Below are positions 13,330 through 23,209 of a DNA stretch of 64,000 nt, one piece after another. The DNA lies in NCBI GenBank assembly GCA_030390025.1, contig CM059432.1, positions 67,334,001 to 67,398,000 on the forward strand, written 5' to 3'. The notes below the pieces were generated by a model. The model saw nothing but the letters and a program-made list of their open reading frames with translations. It ran no database searches and was not told where the DNA came from. Within the stretch, counting starts at the first letter, position 1; the number at the start of each line of letters is the position of its first letter. The translations under genes were made by a program, and so were the position numbers. The DNA is from Squalus acanthias (lineage: Eukaryota).

Positions 13330-13693
13330 CTTTAACAAAAAGCTGATATCAGGAAAAGTGACTATGAAACTCCTGGCCTAGAAATTGAATATGGTCTCGA
13401 AACGGGCAGTATCATGGCCCAGCACTATTTAGCTGGTCAAAGTGGTCCAGGTCGCATGCAAGATTTGTGCTCAGTGCTCATTTACATGATTATCGTGCTG
13501 ATCTCAGCGCTAAACGTGCTGCTGATTGGCTTACCGCACAAACAGGTGGACCAATATTGGGTTCAGTCTAATTGTAAGTAAAGTTTGGCCTAGGCTTTCT
13601 CCACTACTTAAAGGGGAGGTGTTTCGATGCAGCAGTACCTCATTGTCATTGTAGTTGGGGTTCGAATTGGAATCACACCTGAAGTTGGAAGAC

Positions 13694-15160
13694 ATGGCTG
13701 AGCACCAGCAGAGACAATGAGCCCGAAGGTTCTCAGATGTGGCTCTGGAGGCATTGGTGGTGGCCGTGGAGAGGAGGTGGGCTGTCCTGTTCCCACAGAC
13801 TGGCAGGAAACCATCAGCCCATACATCAAGAAGGCTCTGGCAACAGATATCTGGGTACGTGACGGCCAACAGTGTGGTACCGAGAACATGGATCCAGTGC
13901 TGCAAGAAGTTTAATGACCTCACACAGCAGGTCAATGTGCGTGAAGGCTTCAGCAAATGCCATATTCCACTATCTGCACCACAAGCCTCATACACTGCTC
14001 AATGCACCACACCCCCCAGCACTCAACTACCAACAATCTCTACCTATCACCACTCATACCTCACAATCATAGCTTCACTTCACCCTCACCACCTTACCAG
14101 TGCTGCAACACTCACACCCACACCTTGCACACTCTGACAGCTATTCAACGATGGCAGGCGCATCACCCAAACACATTGCATCACCCTCACTGACACACTT
14201 CCCTTTCTCTTGCAGGCCAAGGTGGCTCACAATCGACATGAGCAGCAGCAGACGGGAGGCGGCCAAGACGCAATACAGGCCTTGACTCAACTGGAGGAGT
14301 GTGTGCGCGACATCATTGGAGGGGAAGTCACCGCAACCGTGACAATGGGCGAATTTGAAGCCCTTGGGGACAATAATGGTATGCTCATTCCTAATCCTTC
14401 TTCTCACATCCCACTTCACCTTCATTCCACAATTTCTTTTCACTTACAAGCTGCTGATGCTGTATGCATGCATATCTTGCTTTTCCCCCCACCTCCCCTC
14501 ACCATAACATGACTCTTGTGCCTTTCTGCTTTCAGATGACCAAGATCTGCCAGCCTCACAGCCTGTCCTCAAAGCAACGGAGGAGAGTAAAGGAGAAGAA
14601 GAAGGCAGACTGTCACTACATCTGATACTCGCAGACACCAGCTCAGAAACTGGCACTGCACAGAATTTGAGGGGAGCATAGAGGCGAGATCTGCACATGG
14701 TGAGGCACCGGGCATGAGTGAGCTGCAGCAAGGCCAGGGGTAAAGGGTAGCTCGGGGCCAGCTCCCCAGATGGCGAGTTCGCATGCGAGTTCTGCTGCAC
14801 ACGGCTCAGATGAGGACCTCGATGGGGCGGCCTTCCAAAGAAGGGTGATGGGCATGCACACCAAATTGCTGGGTGCAATTCTATTCCCACCACTGCCACT
14901 CCGCCATTGCCCTTGCCGCTGCCTGTCAGCCAGCCAGCCCAGACTGCTGCTGCTCATGCTGAGGTGGTGCAGTCTACAGCCGGGCCTTCTAGGTCCAGAG
15001 CTGGTCGAGGTTGTCCTGCAAGGCCATCTGAAGTCTCCTCAACGGAAACTCAGTAGCCTTCTACCAGCCGTGCTGCAGCCACTGGGGGAGCACTGCGTAG
15101 GAGCACTGGAGTAGGAAAGGGCACACAAACGACAGGCACTAAGGCATTGTAGAAGGGTGA
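13694..15160 (+). pseudogene. Harbinger Myb/SANT-like accessory gene, 3 exons (13694-13936, 14216-14378, 14536 to about 15160), with stops and deletions
   Basis: FSDVALEALV...W...CCKKFNDL, AKVAHNR...TGGG; GT-AG introns at the same phases as the intact copy. Confidence 0.85.
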
Positions 15161-15346
15161 TTCGTTGATATTTTAATGTGAATTGAATAGTAATAAATTT
15201 ATTAACTTTGTTTGGAATGTTTGCTTTGTGGTGGCTTTCATTTCAGCTTAGTGCCCAAGAGGACGCTGTCATATTCTGTGACAGAGGGATGGTAATGATG
15301 GGGATGTGGTTGATGGGGATGTGGTGAGCAATGGGGATCTGGGGTT

Positions 15347-16433
15347 TCATTCACTGGAATCGAATCTGATGAGAGGGTCACAGACAGCCTGCTCCGAAGG
15401 GGAATTTGCTTCCTCCCTCCTCCCTTCCTCCTCATCATCCTTCTCTTCCTCTTCCTCTTTCTCTTCCTCCTCCTCTCCCTCGTCCTCTTCCTGAGGTGGT
15501 TTTGCAATTCCTGCTGGCAAGGGCTGCGCCCTCATGATGCTCAAGTTGTGGAGCATGCAGCAGACCACCACGAAATGGGACACCCGCTACACCAATGGTC
15601 TGCTCGAAGATGTTCCTTGTGGCACCATGGCTCTCATTGTATGAGTGCAGGTCACGAGTGTTGGGGTTGTGGAGGGGAGTCATGAGCCAAGTGCAGAGTG
15701 GCTAGCACTTGTCTCCAAGCAGCTACCCTCAGGTTTGACTTGGTGGCTGGAAGATTGCTGATGCAGGATGAAGGCATCATGACTGCTGCCAGGATAGCAG
15801 GCATTCTCCATCAGGATACGCTGTGCATGATCGCACAACAACTGCACATTTGCGGTTACAGAAGATCTCAGGATTGTTATGCGGCGCCCGCAAAGCCACA
15901 TGGGTACAGTCGATGGCTCCCTGCACCATGGGGAAGCCCGCTATCCTAGCAAAGCCACATGCACACTCCTGCTTCTCTCTGTTCAGAGAGAAGACAACGT
16001 AGTCCCTTCTCCTGGTGTAGAGTGCCTCTGTGACCTCCCGGATGCAGCAATGGATGGCGAACTGGGAGATTTTAGCAATGTCTCCTGCTGCGGACTGGAA
16101 GGATCTACTGGCAAAGAAATTGAGGGCCTTGGCGACCTTGAGGGACACTGGGAGAGCCGTGTTCGCCCTGCTCTCAGGCTGCAGGTCTGGTTGCAGGAGG
16201 TGGCAGAGTTCTGCGACCACCTCCTTGCTGAAGCGGAGCCTCCTAATATACTGCTCCTCGCTTAAGTGGAGATAAGATAAGTGCTCTCTGAAGACCCTAG
16301 GTGGGTAAGGCCTCCTGTTGAGAGCCCTCCTGGCCCTCCTCATCCTCCCTCTGCGAGCATCTTCTCTTTGCTGCCTCCGCTCCCTCTCCCGAAGACACTT
16401 GAGCACGAGGGACACTGCCAGTAGAGCCCCCGT
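15347..16433 (-). pseudogene. Harbinger DDE transposase pseudogene
   Basis: ORF 15777-16445 with GAIDCTH; later frames carry RNIFEQTIG and CCMLHNL plus an acidic tract; start codon appears as ACG. Confidence 0.9.
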
Positions 16434-17283
16434 GACTGTGAGCAAGTGTTGTGAGCAGAAGCCTTTAAATAAGAATCAAGGCGTTCTCCACTTGCACCAA
16501 CACTCCCGTTACCTTAGGACCTTGAAAGAGGTTTAGAAAGCTACTAGAGTTGCAGAAAATTCCACAGAGCCAGTCAAACTGAACAAACATGTCCGCTGTA
16601 AGTTGTTGCTCATGATCTCTTTAAATAAGGTTGCTGGAGGCTCCTTCCTGCTTGTGAACACTTGGTCAGCTGGTCGCAATTAACACAGGCCGGTAAGTTG
16701 AGTGGCGCACTCCAAAATGGCAGATCGGCCGTCAGGTGAGAATTGCACACTCAGTGACATCACAATCTGCATAATCTCCATACCGCTAGCAAGAGCAGAC
16801 ATCGGCAGCGCTGCTGCCCAGCCGAAAATGGCAACCGTGGCAGAACGCGCTGGCACTGGGGGGAATCGAGGCAGCCGCCATTTTCTTTGCCGAAACAGGC
16901 TTTAATAGCCTGCACAAACACTATGGGGGAAAAATTAGGTCACGCCCCATTTGGGGCGCAAATATCGTCTGGACGCAAATATTAGCGCCTGGCGCTAATT
17001 ATCGGCACTGACTGGAAACTTCACTTTTACCGCCCCGGGAGGTGAGTGGAGCGCTAAATCAGGCACTGCACACCTGTCTTAAGGCGCAAAGGCCGAGCAG
17101 TGAGGCGCTAACTCAGCGCGCGAGCGCAGCGCAGCTGCTGCCAGTTAGCGAGGGAACACAGACACACTGGCGCCGGCCACTTCTTAAAGCGGGGGGGGCC
17201 AACTTGCTCCCCAGCCACACCCTGCTCATTGCAGCCTTGAATCTCGGCCTGGAGAGACCTGTGAATCCATTTTGCTGCCAAGG

Positions 17284-19166
17284 ATGGAGAGGGTGAGAGA
17301 ACGAGCTCATCGCTTCACCGAGCGGGGCTTGGATGCTCTGGTTGGCGCGGTGGAGCGCAGAAGATGTATACTCTTCCCTGAGAGTGGCAGGAGGCCTTTG
17401 CCACGCGAGTTCAGAAGAGTGTGGAGGGAGGTGGCTCAGAGCGTCTCCTCCAGGAGCATGGTGCCCAGGACCCATACTCAATGCTGCAAAAAGTTCAACG
17501 ACCTCACTCGGGTCGTCAGGGTGAGTGGCTTTTTCTCAATACCTCTCCATCCCTCCATCTCAACCTCACTCTATGGCCAGAGGGTCTTAAAACCCCAATG
17601 CACAACACTCATCCAACACCTATGGCCCTTTCATGAAACACACACACACATTCCACACTTTGCATACAGTAAGGGCTATTCACCTATGGGAGGCACATCA
17701 GGCAAGGCCATGGCTGTATACAGTAAGGGCTATTCACCTATGGGAGGCACATCAGGCAAGACCATGGCTGTATATTTACTCAGATGCTGTCCTTTTTCTT
17801 ACAGGCCAAGCTGGCGCATAATCGGAGACAGCAGCAACGGACAGGTGGAGGGCGGCCTCAGCTGCAACCCCTCAGCGATCTTGAGGAGCGCGTCCACAGG
17901 ATTGTGGCAAGCCGGGTGATCGGTCCCGTCGCCACTGGAGACGCCGACCCCGTTCTGGACAGCAATGGTAAGGTCATCACCTTTTTGTCCTCTGTCCTTC
18001 CACTTGTCCCTCACAACACCAGCCTTTGACACTTTCAATCCAACTTGCTAACTCGCTGCACTTATTCCTCCCTTACGGCCACCCTGTCCTCACGCTAAAG
18101 CCACTCTTGTACCTCCCTGCTTTCAGATGGTGATTCACCAGCTGAGGAGACGGGCCCTGAAGCTGCCACTGGGAGTAAAGCTGCAGCCGAGGAGGAAGAG
18201 GAAGCCGGAGCATCAGTGCCACCCTCTCCCGAGGAAGCCCATGCCCACACTGGGAACACGCCTTCCCTGGAGGGGAGCAGGGAGGAAGGGTCTGATGAGG
18301 GTGAAGCTCCAGGACCCAGCGGGCTGCAGCAACGCCATGGGGGTAGGGAAGAACGGGGGCCTTCTCCCCAGAGGGAGAGTATGCCAGACACTCCTACTGC
18401 AATGGACGCAGAGGAGGAGCGGCTGATCGCAGAAATGAACACCCAGGCAGTGGGCATGCACACTGAGCTCATGGGTGCAGTGGGAAGGGTGCCCGAATGC
18501 ATTGAGTCACTGGCAAGGAGTGTGGAGCACTTCGCTGTAGCACAGGCGGATGCCACACTAACGCTTAGTGCTGCAATTCAGTCACTGGCTGCCGTGATCC
18601 CATCTCTGACTGCTCTCATGCAGACTCAGATTGAGGCCACGCGAGCACAGACTGCTGCCAACCTCGATGGTTCGTTCACATGTCCCCGGGGCTGTCACCG
18701 CGCCGCAGCAGGCCAGCAATCTGTTCTCCAGCAGATTGCTCCGGATGCTGAAGTGCTGCCCCGTGGGAGTGCCAGTGTGTCGGGCGAGCAGGGAGTTGCT
18801 GTCCTCTCTCACGATGACAGCATTCCTGCTGCCAACACTGTCACTTCTCCACTGCACTTGCCACCGCCTGTAGGACAGACTGCTGCCGCCCATGCAGAGT
18901 TGGTGCAGTCTGCAGCCGGGCCCTCCAGGCCCAGAACTGGTCGAGGCCTTCAGGGGCATCTGCAGTGTCAGGGTCTGATGAGCAGCAGCCTTCCACCAGC
19001 CTTGCTGCAGCCACTGAGGTCCCATTACGGAGGAGCAGTAGGGTTAGAAGGGGGGAAGTGCGCAAGGGAAGGAGATCACCCTCGAAGGGCAAAAAGTAGG
19101 AGGTGTGACAAAATGCTGGTCATTTTTTTATTAAAGGTCGAGGTTCATGGTCCAACTTTTGTTTAG
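17284..19166 (+). CDS. Harbinger Myb/SANT-like DNA-binding protein, spliced: 17284-17520, 17805-17967, 18127-19166; probable frameshift near 18950 (ancestral stop near 19098)
   Basis: MERVRERAHRFTERGLDALV...W...CCKKFNDL | AKLAHNRR...RTGGG | acidic region then Ala/Gln-rich helix; donors GTGAGT and GTAAGG, acceptors ACAG and TCAG, frame preserved across both introns. Confidence 0.85.
17664..17771 (+). repeat. 54-bp tandem duplication in intron 1
   Basis: ATACAGTAAGGGCTATTCACCTATGGGAGGCACATCAGGCAAGRCCATGGCTGT twice, one mismatch. Confidence 0.95.
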
Positions 19167-19411
19167 TGTTTTGGACATTATCTCCAGGTTGTGAGAACCA
19201 GTTATGTTATTGACTGTTTTTTTGTGTTTATTTCTATGAGTTTGTCATGAGGAATTGACACACACAGAGTTTGTAAAATAAATAAGTTTCTGTATTCAAA
19301 ATATACATGGTTGGTGGTTGGAATTATTGGTGCCTTGGCCGGCTTAGGGGTTGCGTGCTGGGTTCATTGATGTTGTTAGCAATGGCAGAAGCCATTTCCA
19401 CAGCAGGGGCC

Positions 19412-20572
19412 CTAGAAGCGGCTTGCTATTAGCCGTTGACGGACGGCCCTTGCAGTTTCACCATTGTGGGCCGCCCTCCCGCCTTGGTGCTGCTGATGAT
19501 CATCCTCCTCGTCCTCTTCCTCCTCTTCCTCCTCCTCCTCTGGTGGTGCTCCAAGGCCTGGTGGCATTGGCTGGGTCCTGAGGATTGCCATGTTATGCAA
19601 CATGCAGCACACAACTACGAAGTTGGATACTCGCTCAGGCGAGTACTGCAGGGCTCCTCCAGAATGGTCGAGACAGCGGAACCGTTGCTTCAGCACGCCG
19701 ATTGTGCGCTCAATTATGTTCCTGGTAGCTTGATGGCTCTCATTGTACCGCAGCTCAGCAGGGGTGTTGGGCGTACGGAGCGGTGTCATCAGCCAGGTGC
19801 TCAATGCATACCCCTTGTCCCCGAGAAGCCAACCAACTGGCTGATGCGGTGCCTCGAAAAGTTCTGCCACAGTAGTCTGGCGCAGGATAAAAGCATCGTG
19901 GCAGCTGCCAGGATAGTGGGCATTGACAGCGAGTATCAGCTGTCTGTGGTCACAGACCAACTGAACATTCAAGGAATGGAACCCCTTTCTGTTCCGGAAT
20001 ACCTCGGCATTCTCATGCGGAGCACGCAAAGCCACATGCGTGCAGTCAATGGCGCCCTGCACCATGGGGAAGCCCGCTACCCTCGCAAAGCCCAGAGCGC
20101 GGTCACGCTGCTTGTCTGGGGTCATGGGGAAAGAGATGAACTCTCATCTCCTTTTAAAGAGGGCATTTGTGACCTGCCGGATGCAGCAATGCACCGCGAA
20201 CTGGGAGATATTGGCGAGGTCCCCAGCAGCAGCTTGAAATGAGCCAGTAGCGTAGAAGTTGAGAGCCACTGTGACCTTCACTGCCACCGACAGAGACGTC
20301 CTGGACCTCAGTTGAGGCTGCAGATCTGGCTGCAGCAGGTGGCAGAGCTCAGTGACCACCTCCTTGCTGAATCGCAGCCTTCGCAAACACAGCTCCTCAG
20401 ACATATGAATGTAGGAGAGCTGTTCACGATATACCCTGGGAGGGTAAGCTCTCCTGTACATATGTCTGTTGGCCCTCCTCCGTCTGGCCATCATTGCCAC
20501 TCTCTCTCTGCGTCTCTGTATCCTCCGATTCAGCTGGAGCAGGACGACGCTCCCAATCAGTGCAGCCCCCAT
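19412..20572 (-). pseudogene. Harbinger (HARBI1-like) DDE transposase, about 386 aa, with a single in-frame TGA at 20144-20146
   Basis: ORFs 20144-20641 and 19412-20125 are in one frame ([12 protein letters not shown]); GAIDCTH, GDKGY and [15 protein letters not shown] catalytic motifs are intact. Confidence 0.95.
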
Positions 20573-20764
20573 AGTCTCTTTGCAAGCAAAGTAATGAAGG
20601 ACAGCAACTAAAGTACTAGCGAAGTTAGGATCAATAGGCAAAACTACCTCACAAAGCGTTGAGTCAATGCAGAAGTCTCTCTTTCTCTCTCTCCGAATCT
20701 CTCTCTCTCTCTCAGAACGAGTGGTGCAAAAATGTCGACCACAGAAAAAGACAGGAAGAGGCCC

Positions 20765-20775
20765 CCTTTAAATAG
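20765..20775 (-). promoter_or_regulatory. Putative TATA-like box (TATTTAAAGG) of the transposase gene
   Basis: A TATTTAAA core lies at the equivalent position in the copies near 4610, 9160, 16620 and 31163. Confidence 0.5.
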
Positions 20776-21267
20776 CGCCCCCCCCAGCCCCACAGCGATT
20801 GATAGCATTCCAGTCTTCCGGTCGTTGGATGCGCCAGGCGGTAAGGCAGGGGGCGCCACTCAATTTCCGCTCCGGGGCGCCACAAGGGCGTTGCACCATG
20901 GAATGACGTCACAATCTGCGCGCGCAGGTGGTCGCAGCGGTAAGTTTTAGCGCCGCCGCACAATCTCTAGTTAAGTTCCCGAGCGGCGCAAACATCGCTG
21001 CGCCCGGGCGTTAGCGGCTTTGCGCCCCATTAGCGCCCTCTTAAGGCGCTAACGGGAGGCGCAACCAACTGAATTTTTACCCCTATGAATTTCGAGGCCA
21101 CTGGTTTGTTAATATCCTTTAGAGAAGGAAACCTGCTGTTCTTACCCAATCTGGCCTATATATGACTCCAGTCCCATGCCAATGTGATTGACACAATTAC
21201 CAACTTCCTTCAGATCCCATATCACTGGTGCAAATAAGCTTAATTCCTATTGCAGTGCAATGGTTGA

Positions 21268-21299
<32 letters not shown>

Positions 21300-22780
21300 T
21301 GATGCCCTCCAGTAATGAGAATTTTTATTTCTTTAATTTTCCCAGGATAGTTACTTCATGCATTTGGCAAGTCCAACCAAAACTATCGCCTCTTTACTTT
21401 TGAGAGTTTCGCCTTTGGCAACAGTTAACATTCTTCACTGATCTCAAATTAATATCCTACATTCCTCTAGCTTCTAAAGCTTACTTACATAAACCAGTCA
21501 CTGTGCTACAAAAGGTATTTCATGGTGTGAAGTGTTTGGAAATGTTTCGCTATAACAAGGAGCTATCTAAATGCAAGTATTATTTTTATCATTTAACACT
21601 GCTTCCCGGAAGTTTAGTTTCTTCTTTCGTGCCAAATGCTGTTTTCTCTCTGAACAATTTAATTCTATGTAAAGCCTGAGTTCATTTAGGACTTCAAAAT
21701 TGGTCCCATACCTGGGAACGCTTGTAGCACCTCTCTCAAATTCCCAAGAGAGAGGAGTAAAAGCTTGTCAACTGATAGGCGATTCTCCTCTGGTGTATGG
21801 CCTCCAGCCTCTCTCTTTCTAACACAAATTTTCTTGTCTCCCTTTAATTTATTCATACCTATTGCAGTCATTCCCACTCTGAGCTCTTCCTTCTGATCCT
21901 CCCAAGCTCCAAGTATGCTATCATCTATGTTTATCCTTCTTTCACATGCTAATTGCAATTTTTGGGTAGGATAACAGAGGAAAATCCAACCCGTATTGTC
22001 AATAGGACATTCAATAAAACCAACATGAGATGGACAGATCTTTCAGGTGCGTTAAAGTCTAATCAGCATGACGATGCCGGTTGCATAAATGCATAATAAT
22101 ATCACAAACTATTGATTAATGCTATCCCTTACAGTTGACTTAATTGGTGTTAAATTGGCAAATTGTGGGATTTAACCATGTGAAAGCAATATTTTATGCT
22201 CCTGATGGTAGGTTGGAGATTTATTTGTCTCACTCTATCATTGTTTTAAATTTCTTAATGCTTAATCTTTCCTTTAATTTCCCTTATTTTCTTTTTTAAT
22301 AATTTATCTGTTTTCATTTATTTGTCACCTTTTTCTGTCAGAAAATAATATAACACTTGTTTCTTTTGAGTAGGGAAGTAAATGCTTCGGAAACCATTTT
22401 TCAACAGATGCAATCAAAGAGAAATAGGATTTCACTGGTGATCATGAGCTATAGAACCTCATCACTAATGCTGCAGGGGAGAGTCGTGATTCTTGATCAT
22501 AAGAGTAAAATAGCTTCTGGATCTCCATGTCATTGCTGCTGTACTGCGTCTATTCTACAGAGTGTGTTAAACAGATCCTTAATTAGATTCTATGCATCAC
22601 TGTTTGTCACGAAGGACTTTATTTTCCTTGAAGAATAGGTTAGGTGCTTTGTTTTGTGGATTTGTACACCCCAGAAATAAAATGGTGGCTGCATGAGATT
22701 TTACAATGGGTGATTTAATTAGCAGGAATAATAGAAAAGTTGTGAATCATGACACAGCTAATCCTTTAACACTTCGCACA

Positions 22781-23209
22781 CAACTAACTTGCATTTATAT
22801 AGCACCTTTCATGTCCTCAGGATGTTTAAAGTACTTCACAGCCAATGATTTACCTTTGAAGTGTCATCACTGTTGTAATGTAGGCAAATGTAGCAGCCAG
22901 TTTGCACACAGCAAGGCCCCACAAGCAGCAATGAGATAAACAACTAGCTAATCTGTTCTTGACGGTATTAGTCGAGAGATAGATATGTTTCCAGGACACC
23001 GAGTAGGACTGTGCTCATTTTCAAACAGTGCCATGGAATCTTTCTGTTCACCTGAACAGGCAATTGGGGTTTCAGTTTAATGCCTCATCCAAAAGATAGC
23101 ACCTTTGACCATGCAGCACTCCCTCAGTACTGAAGTGTTAGCCTAGATTATGTGCTCAAGTCCCAGATTGCTGCTTGAACTCAAGCCCTTTTGACTTCAA
23201 GGCAAGAGT
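22781..23209 (-). mobile_element. Deu-SINE (SacSINE1/AmnSINE-like), degenerate
   Basis: Reverse complement of the Deu domain, with an L2-like tail (GCTATATAAATGCAAGTT). Confidence 0.7.

Larger units (their letters stand above)
16925..21083. mobile_element. Near-intact autonomous-type PIF/Harbinger transposon (4159 bp)
   Basis: TIRs GGGGGAAAAATT / AATTTTTACCCC; exact TSD TAT (16922-16924, 21084-21086); convergent Myb-like and transposase genes. Confidence 0.95.
13375..21099. mobile_element. Older two-gene Harbinger element hosting the nested element 16925-21083
   Basis: TIRs GGCCTAGAAATT (13375) / AATTTCGAGGCC (21099); Myb-like gene on + and transposase on -. Confidence 0.85.
12457..21190 (+). 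mobile_element. tRNA-derived SINE split into three pieces (12457-12562, 13331-13373, about 21101-21190) by Harbinger insertions
   Basis: A/B boxes (TGTAGTGG...GAGTTCAAATCC); the three pieces are colinear with a shark SINE as I recall it. Confidence 0.65.

Noticed and set aside
20144..20146. In-frame TGA as programmed readthrough or selenocysteine
   Set aside because: Sister copies encode Arg here, so CpG decay (CGA>TGA) is the simpler explanation
19436..20242. 268-aa plus-strand ORF as a possible third Harbinger gene
   Set aside because: It is an antisense shadow of the GC-rich transposase, has no recognisable motifs, and is not open over this length in sister copies
3319..20572. Host HARBI1 or NAIF1 genes
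   Set aside because: Multiple disabled copies lie inside TIR/TSD-bounded elements, so they are transposon genes rather than domesticated loci
21686..22638. Short ORFs in AT-rich unique DNA (also 48558-48867) as host exons
   Set aside because: No recognisable protein similarity and no convincing paired splice sites
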